DNA of 64,000 nt from Bacteroidota bacterium (GTDB lineage Bacteria; Bacteroidota; Bacteroidia; Bacteroidales; Tannerellaceae): the NCBI GenBank assembly GCA_023429375.1, contig JAEYVY010000022.1, positions 63,848 through 127,847 of the forward strand. Reading direction: 5' to 3'. Shown here in pieces: positions 1-10,674 of the stretch (its first letter is position 1; each line of letters starts with the position of its first letter). Both the position numbers and the translations under genes were made by a program. The notes under the pieces were generated by a model. The model saw only the letters and a list, made by a program, of their open reading frames with translations, did no database searches and was not told the origin of the DNA.

Positions 1-1
1 C

Positions 2-202
2 TATATTGAAAGTGCTTTGGATAAAGATAAAACGAATAGCCCGGAACTGATTGATCATTATGGGGATATCCTTTTTATGACAGGGGATAAAGAGAAAGCT
101 ATTGAGCAATGGAAAAAGGCGAAGGAACTGGGAAAAGAAAGTCCTGTATTGGACCAAAAGATAAATGAAGGTGTCTATATTGAGGATGTAAATGCGAAAT
201 GA
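2..202 (+). CDS. Tetratricopeptide-repeat protein, C-terminal fragment (5' end upstream of window)
   Basis: Frame is open from base 2. The tail GDILFMTGDKEKAIEQWKKAKELG looks like a TPR helix pair. Stop TGA 200-202 overlaps the next gene's ATG (ATGATGA). Confidence 0.5.
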   Translation, partial: YIESALDKDKTNSPELIDHYGDILFMTGDKEKAIEQWKKAKELGKESPVLDQKINEGVYIEDVNAK

Positions 203-1050
203 TGAAGATATGTCTGCGTAATTCTTGTTTGACAACGTTGACCATCGTCCTTCTATTGAGTGGATGTAAGTCTGTTAAGAGAGTGGGAACGAAAGAAGCC
301 GGTGAGGCAAAGGCTCATCAGGAATTTTTCGATTCCATGAAGGAGCAGGCTTTTCAATATACAACATTGACAGCCAGATTGAATGCAGAGATTACCATGC
401 CGGATAAGGAACTAAGCTCACGCGTTGACCTGAAAATGGTTAAAGACAGTGCGTTTCAGCTTTCGGTGATGCCGATATTCGGAATCGAACTGTTTCGCAT
501 TGAATTCAGCCGGGATAGCGTGAAGTTGCTGGATAGGATGAATAAGCGTTATGTGGCTGAAGGCTATGAACGGATGAAAGGGAAGCTACCGGTCGATTTC
601 AACTTCTATAATCTGCAGGCCTTATTCACGAATCGTATATTCCTGCCCGGTGAGCAAGAGATTACACCAGAGAATTATCACCGGTTTAAACTCGATCAGG
701 AAGGTCCAAAGGCGGTGGCGAAAACACGCGACATACTGAGTCTGCTGTATACCTTCGTTGCTGATGGCGAAGAGAAGCTTCTTTCGTTCCATGTGACCGA
801 TAAGGATGAGGTTTACAATCTGTATTGGGACTATAAGGATTTCCGTTTGATTGGAAAGCAGCCTTTTCCTATGTTGATGGATATACGGCTGGTTGCCGGT
901 AACGAGCAACAGGGCAAAGTGGTTTTGTCATTTGGGCGTATAGAACCGGATGTTCCTGTGAACCTTGATTTTACCATCCCCTCTAAGTATAACCGTATTA
1001 CCTTTGAGCAAGCGATCAAAGGGTTAACAAATAGTAAGGAAGAAAAATGA
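199..1050 (+). CDS. DUF4292-type outer-membrane lipoprotein (LolB-like fold family)
   Basis: Signal peptide ending in lipobox LLLSGC. Length and the TPR/DUF4292/M23 gene order are typical of Bacteroidota. 4-nt overlaps with both neighbours suggest translational coupling. Confidence 0.65.
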   Translation: MMKICLRNSCLTTLTIVLLLSGCKSVKRVGTKEAGEAKAHQEFFDSMKEQAFQYTTLTARLNAEITMPDKELSSRVDLKMVKDSAFQLSVMPIFGIELFRIEFSRDSVKLLDRMNKRYVAEGYERMKGKLPVDFNFYNLQALFTNRIFLPGEQEITPENYHRFKLDQEGPKAVAKTRDILSLLYTFVADGEEKLLSFHVTDKDEVYNLYWDYKDFRLIGKQPFPMLMDIRLVAGNEQQGKVVLSFGRIEPDVPVNLDFTIPSKYNRITFEQAIKGLTNSKEEK

Positions 1051-2336
1051 GATATTTCTGTTTGAGCATACTTCTGTTGTTTACGCTGTCTGTTACTGCA
1101 CAAAACTCGTCCAGGGTTAAGGAGTTAGAAAGTCAGCGTAAAGAGGCTCTGGCTGAAATAGAAGAGACCGACAGACTACTCAAAGAAACCACACGGACTG
1201 CCAAGAATTCCTTAAAGCGGCTAAATCTGCTTTCATCACAGCTGCTTAACAGAAAGAAAGTGTTAAGCCTGCTGAATCAGGAAATGGAAGCAATAGACAG
1301 GCAAATTGAAGCCACTCGTAAAGAAATAAGGGACTTGGAAAAGGAACTGGATATCAAGAAGGAGAATTACAAGAAATCCATACAATCAATCAATAAACGT
1401 CGTACCTCGCAAGATAAACTGTTGTTTATCTTATCTGCAGAAAACTTTGCCCAGTCCATGCGACGCATGCGTTATCTCCGTGAATACGGTAATTGGCAAA
1501 AGAACCAAGCTGCAGAAATCGTACAAAAGCAGGAAGAGATAAAAAAGAAACAGGAGGAACTGCAAAAGACACGTTCGGAGAAACAGGCTTTAGCGCAAGT
1601 ACGCGAGCAAGAAAGAAACAAGCTTCAGAAGGAAGAGTCTAGTCAAAAGGCAGAAGTTCAACAACTGACTAAGAAGCAAAAGGAATTGCAGGCCGAGCTG
1701 CGTAAGAAGAAAGAACAGGCTGCAGCCCTGAACAGACAAATAGAAAAGCTGATTGCCGAAGAAGTGGCTCGTGCTGAAGAGGCAGCCAGAAAAGCTGATC
1801 AGAGTAAAAGTGCTACGGCATCAAAGGGAGAGAAGGGTGAGCCTACCAAGGATACTGAAAAACGCGTTGCCGAAACGAAAGGCGGTTATGCTATGACTCA
1901 AGCAGAGCAGAAGCTGTCATCCAACTTCGCTAATAACAGAGGTAAATTGCCGGCTCCTGTTAATAAGAAATATACGATTGTAGCTTCCTTTGGTGAACAA
2001 CAACACCAAGAGTTGAAGAATATCCGCACAAACAATAATGGAATCGATCTGCAGGTACCTCCAGGAACAGATGCTCAGGCCGTGTTTGATGGGGAGGTGA
2101 CACGTGTTTTTGTGGTGCCCGGATATAATAATTCGGTCATCGTACGACATGGTAATTACCTTACGGTTTACAGCAACCTGAGTCAGGTCTATGTCAAACA
2201 AGGGGATAAGGTATCTACCAGACAGGCTTTAGGTCGTATCTTTACGGATACGGAAGATGGCAATTCAACTATCCTTCATTTCCAGTTATGGAAAGAAAGG
2301 ACTAAGTTGAATCCCGCTCCTTGGATTAGCCGTTGA
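1047..2336 (+). CDS. EnvC-like murein hydrolase activator (signal peptide, long coiled coil, degenerate M23/LytM domain)
   Basis: About 250 aa of K/E/Q-rich heptad-like sequence followed by a LytM-type C-terminus. HxxxD reads NNGID, YxHL reads YSNLS, and HLHFE reads ILHFQ, so Zn ligands are missing as in E. coli EnvC/NlpD. Confidence 0.85.
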   Translation: MRYFCLSILLLFTLSVTAQNSSRVKELESQRKEALAEIEETDRLLKETTRTAKNSLKRLNLLSSQLLNRKKVLSLLNQEMEAIDRQIEATRKEIRDLEKELDIKKENYKKSIQSINKRRTSQDKLLFILSAENFAQSMRRMRYLREYGNWQKNQAAEIVQKQEEIKKKQEELQKTRSEKQALAQVREQERNKLQKEESSQKAEVQQLTKKQKELQAELRKKKEQAAALNRQIEKLIAEEVARAEEAARKADQSKSATASKGEKGEPTKDTEKRVAETKGGYAMTQAEQKLSSNFANNRGKLPAPVNKKYTIVASFGEQQHQELKNIRTNNNGIDLQVPPGTDAQAVFDGEVTRVFVVPGYNNSVIVRHGNYLTVYSNLSQVYVKQGDKVSTRQALGRIFTDTEDGNSTILHFQLWKERTKLNPAPWISR

Positions 2337-2351
2337 GTCTATTCTTATCTC

Positions 2352-5168
2352 TTATTTTTTGAGGGCACGAACAGTCTTTACTTCGTTGTTCGTCAAGTGT
2401 AATCTAAGAATATAGTGGCCCGAGCTCAGATTTGACGTGTCGATAGATTCGCCCGGATAATTTATCTGACGAATGAGTTGACCTGTAATGGTGTATACTT
2501 CAACCAACTTAACTAAATCAGCGTTAGAAATATAGATGTGCTCACTAAAGAGGGTAGGATAGATAGTAACATTTTCTGCTTCCACTATGCTGTTGTTTAC
2601 TCTGTCTATACCAAATCTAATCCGTTCGCTTTCCTTACCTTCTTCGTAGATCGTAGAAACACCATACATGAAAAGTTCTTCGGTAAAATGATCCACATAC
2701 GACAATTGTTCCAGAGGAACCTGTGCCAATGGCTGTAAGTTGCGATAAATTTTATAGCCCTTAATTCTAGGAAAGGCAGCCGGATATTGAAGTTGAGTAG
2801 CAAGCGTTGTACTTGATCTAAAGCATGACAATGAACTTAATCTAAAGCTTGATTTCGGATTATACTGCTGTTTCAATGGAGAAGTGTATCTTCCTAAACT
2901 CGAATTCTGCTGAGTATTTGTAGTCATTTTACGGGTTACACTCTGCTCTGAGGTGACGATGGCAGCGATATAAAAGTTGTTGTCAAAATCTTCTTCGTCA
3001 CTTGTTTTACCGTCATATAAAACATACCAGGTTTCACCATCTTCTGATATGAGATTACCTTTACCAATGGTAGCAGGACCACCGTCTAAAGCTAAAGGAT
3101 ATATATCCGGATCGTTGGAGTCGGCAAATATACCTACTAGCAACTCCTGACCTGCAGTAATAACAAATGGAGTGTCAAGCTCGATGGATCTGATTTCTGA
3201 GTCTCGTTGTACAGGAACTTTTTGCCTGTATTCGTTATCTCCTTGAGCCACCAATAATGTGTAGTCCACATTCTTATAGGCGAAAAATTCAACCGCTGTA
3301 ATCGGATTGTTTACAATGCTCTTTATATCCTCCTTATCCCATAATTGGCCAATATAGATGGGTACACCTGCGCCAACCAATAAAGAAGGGCTTCCGGTAG
3401 ACCAGGATATGGCTTGTTGATATACTGGAGCTTCCCATTCAAGTGTGGCTACTTGATTTTTAATAGTCACATTTAACTCAGAAGGCGACTTATAGTCTCG
3501 TATAATGATAGAGCCGGTTAAGGGGTCGGACTCTGAAAAATCCGGATATTCGGCGGTTATTCCGTAAATTACCTCACCCAATAGACTAACAAGCTCGTCG
3601 GTATAAGTAGTTTCTGTACTTGTGGCGATGAGTTGGTTCGAACGGTAGATATTATAATGTGTAGGCTTTATTGCTGTATTTGGCTCATTCCAATTGAGTT
3701 CAACATTATTATCCATATATTCGAGACTGAGATTGCTTGGCGCCGGCATAGATACCGTACGCGAAATCCCTTTTAAGGTTTCAACATTGGTCTTGCGAGG
3801 ATCAAGCCAAATATCCATACGCGATGAATCGGCCGTGCCGTGTTTGTCCCAGTTATAATAAAGTTTGGAATAAATGTTTTCTTGTTCGGGCATTAAGCAG
3901 GAAGAGGCACCTCCTGTAAGAGTTCCTACAATCAAGTGGTTTTGATTGAATAAGGGCGAACCCGAAGAACCTCCTTCAACGATTCCATGTCCGTTTTCCG
4001 TTGCTGTAAATCTGACATCCCAGTACGCATTTCTAGCACCGGTAGCGCCGATTGTTTCCCGCCAAGTAGTACTCGAAGCTTTATTGGTAAAAGTGGAAAT
4101 CTTTTTATAATCTCCTCTTGGATGATGTATCCCAACGCCCGAAGTAGCCGGATTGTTTGTTCTGTCCCATCCATTATAGTATACTTTATAGCTTTCGGGA
4201 ATCTCCTGATTCAGCAACAGCAACAAGCCATCTCCACCACCGTCAATCGGGGTCGATGCCACCTTTTTACAGCCTACCATTGTTTTGACTTGAGCCAATT
4301 GAGAATCCGTACAACCTAATCTTTCGTAGTGAAAATAGAAGACCCATTGCATTAATTCTTCCGGTGTGCTTTGTGTATTTGAGCCGAACTCGGTAACCTC
4401 CATACAGTGATTGGCCATCAGAATATAGGGCTTGAAGTCTTGGGCCGTATTGTTGACCAGAGAACCGGAACAGATATACGATTTTGATCCAATCTTTTGA
4501 ATAGTGTGACAAACGCCTGCCTTTTCTTTTTGCCAGGCCGCTCCTTCAATACAATTGATGTTTACTTGACAGGTTCCACTGCTTCGTAATTCGTTTCCCA
4601 CCAAAATGCTTAGATGATTGTATCCATATCCAACTTCTTCAATCTCGATTTGAGGGCGTTCACCTGAAGCTGGGGATACGTATTCGAGTGTCAGGTCATC
4701 GCCGGCCACAAACTCTGTGGCAAACCGTCCGCCACGTGGATTTGTACGATGTGTGTATGAACCTAAAATATGCGTTTTATCTGCATTGTAGATGAATAGT
4801 TTTCCTCCTTGTGGTATTTCGAACCGCTTATAATAGAGCATCAGCGCAATGGCTCCTTTTGCTTGGAGCCTGAATTGCCAGATTTCTTGTCCATCAGGCA
4901 ACGTAAGCCAATTGCCTGCATTAGATGTATTAATGCTTACCGGAATTGAAGTGGCCACTGCTAAAGGAGCCCCATTCGAAACCTGCCATGCATCGACGGC
5001 TAGTAGGTCGGATACATTGAACAGAACTGGAATCTGCGTTGCTGAAACCTGGCTCTTGAGCGAGGATTCAAAGTTGAAACTAGGAGGTAGTCCTCCCTCG
5101 CTTATTTGAGCTTCTATTTTATGGATGGCGAATACCATGAAACAGAAGAAAACTATTCGCCTGTGCAT
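2352..5168 (-). CDS. Secreted S1-family (lysyl-endopeptidase-type) serine protease with FN3-like repeats and T9SS C-terminal sorting domain
   Basis: Signal peptide MHRRIVFFCFMVFAIHKIEAQ. Catalytic-type motifs are LMANHC (His) and GGSSGSPLF (Ser). Two FN3-like stretches are present (LEYMDNNVELNWNEP, ATLEWEAP). The terminal ~75 aa (IYPTLFSEHIYISN...GHYILRLHL...VKTVRALKK) resemble a type-A T9SS CTD. Confidence 0.8.
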   Translation of the reverse strand: MHRRIVFFCFMVFAIHKIEAQISEGGLPPSFNFESSLKSQVSATQIPVLFNVSDLLAVDAWQVSNGAPLAVATSIPVSINTSNAGNWLTLPDGQEIWQFRLQAKGAIALMLYYKRFEIPQGGKLFIYNADKTHILGSYTHRTNPRGGRFATEFVAGDDLTLEYVSPASGERPQIEIEEVGYGYNHLSILVGNELRSSGTCQVNINCIEGAAWQKEKAGVCHTIQKIGSKSYICSGSLVNNTAQDFKPYILMANHCMEVTEFGSNTQSTPEELMQWVFYFHYERLGCTDSQLAQVKTMVGCKKVASTPIDGGGDGLLLLLNQEIPESYKVYYNGWDRTNNPATSGVGIHHPRGDYKKISTFTNKASSTTWRETIGATGARNAYWDVRFTATENGHGIVEGGSSGSPLFNQNHLIVGTLTGGASSCLMPEQENIYSKLYYNWDKHGTADSSRMDIWLDPRKTNVETLKGISRTVSMPAPSNLSLEYMDNNVELNWNEPNTAIKPTHYNIYRSNQLIATSTETTYTDELVSLLGEVIYGITAEYPDFSESDPLTGSIIIRDYKSPSELNVTIKNQVATLEWEAPVYQQAISWSTGSPSLLVGAGVPIYIGQLWDKEDIKSIVNNPITAVEFFAYKNVDYTLLVAQGDNEYRQKVPVQRDSEIRSIELDTPFVITAGQELLVGIFADSNDPDIYPLALDGGPATIGKGNLISEDGETWYVLYDGKTSDEEDFDNNFYIAAIVTSEQSVTRKMTTNTQQNSSLGRYTSPLKQQYNPKSSFRLSSLSCFRSSTTLATQLQYPAAFPRIKGYKIYRNLQPLAQVPLEQLSYVDHFTEELFMYGVSTIYEEGKESERIRFGIDRVNNSIVEAENVTIYPTLFSEHIYISNADLVKLVEVYTITGQLIRQINYPGESIDTSNLSSGHYILRLHLTNNEVKTVRALKK

Positions 5169-5173
5169 AAAAA

Positions 5174-6289
5174 TTATAATTTAATATAGATTTGTTTCTT
5201 ATATAACAAATAACCTGGGATCCAGTTTAAAAGGACAAATAATAAGGCCCAAGCCAATGAACCTCCGAAGTCCCCAAAAACAGGAGCCAGCAGATTCGTA
5301 TAGACATTCGCTTTCACCTCAAATAGATTGAGTATCCTAGATACTACTGCTGCCTGAACATACAGATAAAGCGGATTGATTCCGAATGATTCGAAAAATT
5401 TAGACCAGCTTTTCTTACCATTGATGTCGATAATCCAAATTAACAAGGCCAGGAATAAAGAACCGAAACCACAGGTGGTAAGCACGAAAGTGCTGCTCCA
5501 AATCTTTTTATTAATAGGACAGCCATAGTTTAACAACAGACCGGCAAATGCTAAGATAGTTCCCAGTATAAACAGATTGCGAATGATTAGTTCATTATTC
5601 TTCTTGGCATCAAGAATGAGTTTACCTGCATAAAAACCAATTAATACGTGGGCGACACTGCCGATGGTGCTAAGGAATCCTTCCGGATCGAAGGCGATAC
5701 GTGTTCCATCCGCCATGGTGTCTTTATACATATGAGATTCGCCGAATAAAGCACGATCTACCACAGCAATGATGTTGTCGGCTGTAAGTTCGGTACTGCC
5801 TGTAAAACCAAGCAAAGCAGCGTAGAATACCAAAATTCCGATAGCTGTATGCAGAATATATTTATGGTTGACGATTAACCCGAGCAAGGAGCCTGCTCCG
5901 TAGGCCAGGGCCAGACGTTGCATTACACCCAGAATACGTAGTTTCTCAAAACTGCCAAATCCGTAGCTGCAGAGATGGCCAAACAGGTTTAATCCTATTC
6001 CGACCAGAAAGATAAGGACTGTTCGTTTAAGTATTTTGAATACACTTTCTTTTGATAATTTAAACTCGTATTTCCTAAGTGAAAAGAACATGGACACCCC
6101 CATAATAAACATGAAGAATGGGAATACCAAATCGGTAGGAGTTAGCCCATCCCATTTTGCATGCCCTAGTGGGGTGTATACATATTCCCAGGTGCCCGGG
6201 TTGTTAACCATTATCATTCCTGCGATAGTTATACCTCGCATAACGTCGAGTGAGAGTAGTCTTCCTGAATTTGCCATCTTGTTTTTCAT
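5174..6289 (-). CDS. DUF5009/HGSNAT-like integral-membrane acyltransferase
   Basis: N-terminal RLLSLDVMRGITIAGMIMVNNPGTW motif and about 10 predicted TM helices, as in the heparan-alpha-glucosaminide N-acetyltransferase-like family. Confidence 0.75.
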   Translation of the reverse strand: MKNKMANSGRLLSLDVMRGITIAGMIMVNNPGTWEYVYTPLGHAKWDGLTPTDLVFPFFMFIMGVSMFFSLRKYEFKLSKESVFKILKRTVLIFLVGIGLNLFGHLCSYGFGSFEKLRILGVMQRLALAYGAGSLLGLIVNHKYILHTAIGILVFYAALLGFTGSTELTADNIIAVVDRALFGESHMYKDTMADGTRIAFDPEGFLSTIGSVAHVLIGFYAGKLILDAKKNNELIIRNLFILGTILAFAGLLLNYGCPINKKIWSSTFVLTTCGFGSLFLALLIWIIDINGKKSWSKFFESFGINPLYLYVQAAVVSRILNLFEVKANVYTNLLAPVFGDFGGSLAWALLFVLLNWIPGYLLYKKQIYIKL

Positions 6290-6296
6290 ATTAAAT

Positions 6297-7988
6297 TTAA
6301 AGTGTTACTTGTTCTTCTACAAATTGCGTTGCCTTTGATACGGCTTCGCTGATGTGGCTGCAGATGTTTTCTTCGCCAATTGTTAGGTTAAAACCAGTCT
6401 TTACAAAGACTTCTCGTACTTGGTCGTTTACACCTGAAAGGATGATGCGTATATTCTCTTTCTGAGATAAGCGGTGCAAGCTTTTTAAGTTTTGTAGTCC
6501 GGTGGAATCGATGAACGAAACCTTACGCATGCGGATGATACGTGCTTTCGGTTTATCTCCCAATGAATGCATGACGCCGTCGAATTTGTTTGCAATACCA
6601 AAGAAGAACGGACCGTCAATTTCATAAACTTCTACTCCCTTAGGCAAAAGCAGTTTTTCTTCTTCTGTTGCTGTATCACTACTGTCAGACAGGATGATTT
6701 CATCCGTAGTCACCGACACATGGGTGGTTTCTGCTACACGCTTCATGAATAAGAACATAGCAATTAACAAACCAACCTCAATTGCAATAGTCAAATCGAA
6801 GATGACGGTCAGGAAGAAGGTTACCAAAAGCACGGCAACGTCACTGGCAGGATTTTTTAACAAGGAACGGAATGTACGCCATTCACTCATATTATAGGAT
6901 ACGATGATAAGTACACCCGCCAGACAAGACATGGGGATATGTTTGGTCAATGGCCCTAAGAACAAAAGGATAAGGAGCAATACAACGGCATGGATGATAC
7001 CGGCAACAGGCGTCTTTCCGCCATTATTTATATTCGTCATCGTACGGGCAATAGCTCCGGTAACCGGTATACCTCCAAAAATAGGCACAATGATATTCGC
7101 TGCACCCTGAGCTATTAGTTCCGTATTTGAGTTATGTTTCTTACCTATCACACCATCAGCTACGGTTGCTGAGAGAAGCGATTCGATTGCTCCTAGCATA
7201 GCGATTGTAAAAGCTGATGGAAGCAGCAAATTGATCGTTTGCATGTTGAATGAGATAGGTTCGGGTGCAGGCAGGGAAGGGTCGATTGTAAAACGATCGC
7301 CAATTGTTTCAATTTGCGTTATGCCCAAATAATTACGTAAGATGAAAGCGACGATAGTCATTACAATGATGGCAATTAACGAACCCGGAATCTTTTTAGT
7401 AAACCGAGGTGAATAGATAATGATCAGCAAGCTGAGCGCACCAATTAAGAAGGGCCAGAAATTGAATGTATGGATGTTTTGAAAATAGACTAGCCACTTA
7501 GAAAGGAAATCGGCAGGTGTGCTTTCGATGGTAAGACCGAACCAATCTTTAATCTGTGTTGTAAAAATGGTAACGGCAATACCACTTGTAAATCCGACGA
7601 TAATCGGATAAGGAATAAATTTGATGACAGTTCCGAGTTTCAGGAATCCCATAATCAGCAACATAATACCAGCAACTACGGTGGCAATAGCCAGTCCTTC
7701 AATACCAAAATTCTGAATGATACCGTAGACAATAACGATAAAAGCACCCGTAGGTCCACCGATTTGAACGGAGCTACCACCTAAGAATGACACAATAAAA
7801 CCGCCGATTATGGCCGTAATCAACCCTTTTTCCGGACTCACGCCCGAAGCGATACCAAATGCAATGGCTAAAGGTAAAGCGACAATACCTACAATTATGC
7901 CCGCCATCAGGTCAGACATAAATTTCTCTTTGGAATACGTCTTTAATGATTCAAATAAACGAGGATAAAAATCAATCTTGTGTTTCAT
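6297..7988 (-). CDS. SulP-family anion (sulfate/bicarbonate) permease with C-terminal STAS domain
   Basis: Polytopic N-terminal domain with SulP-type Gly-rich helices. The C-terminal ~130 aa (IIRMRKVSFIDSTGLQNL...) is STAS-like. Start moved to MKHKIDFY (ATG 7988). Confidence 0.9.
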   Translation of the reverse strand: MKHKIDFYPRLFESLKTYSKEKFMSDLMAGIIVGIVALPLAIAFGIASGVSPEKGLITAIIGGFIVSFLGGSSVQIGGPTGAFIVIVYGIIQNFGIEGLAIATVVAGIMLLIMGFLKLGTVIKFIPYPIIVGFTSGIAVTIFTTQIKDWFGLTIESTPADFLSKWLVYFQNIHTFNFWPFLIGALSLLIIIYSPRFTKKIPGSLIAIIVMTIVAFILRNYLGITQIETIGDRFTIDPSLPAPEPISFNMQTINLLLPSAFTIAMLGAIESLLSATVADGVIGKKHNSNTELIAQGAANIIVPIFGGIPVTGAIARTMTNINNGGKTPVAGIIHAVVLLLILLFLGPLTKHIPMSCLAGVLIIVSYNMSEWRTFRSLLKNPASDVAVLLVTFFLTVIFDLTIAIEVGLLIAMFLFMKRVAETTHVSVTTDEIILSDSSDTATEEEKLLLPKGVEVYEIDGPFFFGIANKFDGVMHSLGDKPKARIIRMRKVSFIDSTGLQNLKSLHRLSQKENIRIILSGVNDQVREVFVKTGFNLTIGEENICSHISEAVSKATQFVEEQVTL

Positions 7989-8142
7989 TTTTAATACTAA
8001 ATAAATCATTGTGAAGAACTAATGAACACCTATTAGCCTTCAATATGAAGATTTAAGAATTACAATTAAACGAGTATATATTAACGCTACGGCGGTAAGG
8101 TAGTTTGATGTAAAATAAGTTTATCAATAAAGTAGTTTCGCG

Positions 8143-9096
8143 TTATTTTATAATCAATTTCTTCCAAACTGCCGAAATAAAACCTGTACCGTACCCTGTA
8201 AGCTGTACGAATGAAGCGGGAACGGAGAGCAGTGCTACTTTGAGGCTTTTATTCTTAATAAGAGAATCAACAAATAGTGCTATCATATAAATGAATGGTA
8301 GTATAAGAATAAGGGGATAGAATAAAGCCGCAATAAGTATAATAATCAGTCCGATAGTGAAGAGCGACGGCAGACAATGTACAACCTTCAATGATTCGGG
8401 GTATTTCAGAAACAAATCTATTCTTGCTTTTCCCGAATGATTCACTTGCCGGAAGAATTGTCTGAGGTCTGTTCTTCTTTTATGGTATACCCAGGCATTT
8501 GAAAAGTAATGGCAGGCATATCCTCCTTTGTAAACTCGTATGCTGAAATCGATATCTTCTCCATAGCGCATCTGTGAAAACCCTCCGAGCGACTCGTAAA
8601 CAGATTTTCTCATTCCCATATTAAAGCTACGCGGATAAAATTTATCCAGCTTTTTTTCGCTGCCACGAATACCTCCTGTTGTAAAAAAAGAAGTCATTGC
8701 ATAATTTACAGCCTTTTGAGTGGCAGAGAAATCGGCATGAGCCCGATCGGCTCCACCGAAAGCATCTGCATTATAATGCCTGAATGAATGGTCCACCTGT
8801 TTGAGGTAAGACGAGGGAAGGATACAATCTGAATCAAGGATAATCACATATTTCCCTTGGCTTTGTGCAACGCCATAGTTTCTGGCCGGACCCGGTCCGG
8901 AATTTTCAATGAAAAAGTACTGTATACTCAATTGGTCCTTGTACTTTTCAACCACCTCCTTACAAGGAATCTTCGAGCCATCTTCAACAATGATAACCTC
9001 AAAGTCGGTGAAAGACTGTTTGGTTAAACTGTCCAATAATTCATCTGCTTCGTCCGGACGGTTATATACGGGTATGATTATCGAGTACGTGTACAT
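8143..9096 (-). CDS. Family 2 glycosyltransferase with C-terminal membrane anchor
   Basis: SIIIPVYNRPDE, EVIIVEDGS and ILDSDC (DXD) motifs. Two C-terminal hydrophobic helices. Start moved to MYTYSIIIP (ATG 9096). Confidence 0.85.
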   Translation of the reverse strand: MYTYSIIIPVYNRPDEADELLDSLTKQSFTDFEVIIVEDGSKIPCKEVVEKYKDQLSIQYFFIENSGPGPARNYGVAQSQGKYVIILDSDCILPSSYLKQVDHSFRHYNADAFGGADRAHADFSATQKAVNYAMTSFFTTGGIRGSEKKLDKFYPRSFNMGMRKSVYESLGGFSQMRYGEDIDFSIRVYKGGYACHYFSNAWVYHKRRTDLRQFFRQVNHSGKARIDLFLKYPESLKVVHCLPSLFTIGLIIILIAALFYPLILILPFIYMIALFVDSLIKNKSLKVALLSVPASFVQLTGYGTGFISAVWKKLIIK

Positions 9097-9158
9097 AGTC
9101 GTTGCATTTAATTGAAAAAGAGACGCATGAATATACGCCTCTTTTAGCAATTTTCCAA

Positions 9159-10577
9159 TTAATATCTGTAATGATCAGGTTTATATGGGCCTTCTACGGA
9201 CACGCCGATATAGTCTGCTTGTTCTTTAGTCAGTTTAGTCAGTTTTACACCGATACGTTCCAAGTGTAGGCGCGCTACCTCTTCATCCAAATGTTTAGGC
9301 AAGCGATAAACCCCAACTTCGTAGTTGTTGTTCCACAATTCCATCTGAGCCAATACTTGGTTGGTAAATGAGTTGCTCATCACAAATGAAGGGTGGCCGG
9401 TTGCACAACCTAAGTTTACCAAACGACCTTCGGCCAACAAGAAGATGGAGTTGCCAGTTGGGAAGGTGTATTTATCAACCTGCGGTTTGATATTGGTGTG
9501 TTTGATTCCCGGATAGGAGATCAATTTGTCTACCTGTATTTCGTTGTCGAAGTGACCGATATTACATACGATTGACTGATCTTTCATCTGAGCCATATGT
9601 TCGATGGTGATGATGTCGCGGTTTCCCGTTGTGGTAACGAAAATATTACCTTCCTTAACTGCTTCCTCCATCGTAGTTACTTTAAAACCTTCCATAGCCG
9701 CTTGAAGCGCACAGATTGGGTCAATTTCAGTTACAAGAACGCGGGCACCGTATGAACGCATAGAGTGTGAACAGCCTTTACCTACATCACCATAACCGGC
9801 TACGACCACTACTTTTCCTGCAATCATCACATCGGTTGCACGTTTGATACCGTCGGCCAACGATTCGCGACAGCCATACAGGTTGTCAAATTTCGATTTC
9901 GTAACCGAGTCGTTTACGTTGATAGCCGGAACAAGCAGTTCGCCTCTTTCCATCATCTGATACAAGCGGTGAACACCGGTTGTTGTTTCTTCAGATACCC
10001 CTTTCATTTCGGCAACAGTGCGATGCCAACGGGTATTATCTTCTTTCAGGATACGGTTGAGTGTGTCGAGAATGACTTGCTCTTCGTGATTTTTGCCTTT
10101 ACGGTTAATGGTCTCTGCATCGTTTTCAGCAGCATAGCCCCAGTGGATAAGCAATGAAGCGTCGCCCCCATCGTCAACAATCATCTGTGGACCTTTTCCT
10201 CCCGGGAAGCGCATGGCCATGTCGGTACACCACCAATATTCTTCCAGCGTTTCGCCTTTCCAAGCAAAAACAGGAACTCCGGCAGCAGCAATGGCTGCAG
10301 CGGCATGATCCTGTGTAGAAAATATGTTGCAACTTGCCCAACGTACATCAGCGCCTAAGTCAACTAATGTTTCGATTAACACTGCCGTTTGAATTGTCAT
10401 ATGCAGTGAACCAGTGATGCGTACTCCTTTAAGTGGCTTTTGAGTACCATATTTGGCACGCAAAGCCATTAGCCCTGGCATTTCGTGTTCAGCGATTTCG
10501 ATTTCCTTGCGGCCGAAATCAGCTAAACTCATATCTGCCACCTTGTAGGGCAGATTAGTTGAAAATAATTCTGGCAT
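9159..10577 (-). CDS. ahcY: Adenosylhomocysteinase
   Basis: Full-length match to the SAH hydrolase pattern ([29 protein letters not shown]-binding [13 protein letters not shown]-terminal KPDHYRY). Start moved to MPELFST (ATG 10577). Confidence 0.95.
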   Translation of the reverse strand: MPELFSTNLPYKVADMSLADFGRKEIEIAEHEMPGLMALRAKYGTQKPLKGVRITGSLHMTIQTAVLIETLVDLGADVRWASCNIFSTQDHAAAAIAAAGVPVFAWKGETLEEYWWCTDMAMRFPGGKGPQMIVDDGGDASLLIHWGYAAENDAETINRKGKNHEEQVILDTLNRILKEDNTRWHRTVAEMKGVSEETTTGVHRLYQMMERGELLVPAINVNDSVTKSKFDNLYGCRESLADGIKRATDVMIAGKVVVVAGYGDVGKGCSHSMRSYGARVLVTEIDPICALQAAMEGFKVTTMEEAVKEGNIFVTTTGNRDIITIEHMAQMKDQSIVCNIGHFDNEIQVDKLISYPGIKHTNIKPQVDKYTFPTGNSIFLLAEGRLVNLGCATGHPSFVMSNSFTNQVLAQMELWNNNYEVGVYRLPKHLDEEVARLHLERIGVKLTKLTKEQADYIGVSVEGPYKPDHYRY

Positions 10578-10674
10578 AAAAAATGAATTAAGTATAAAAA
10601 TTTTCGGCAAAGGTAAGATTTTATTTTCACTCTTTAGGCCAATTCCGAATGCAAGAATCTTCTCTTTTAGACAC

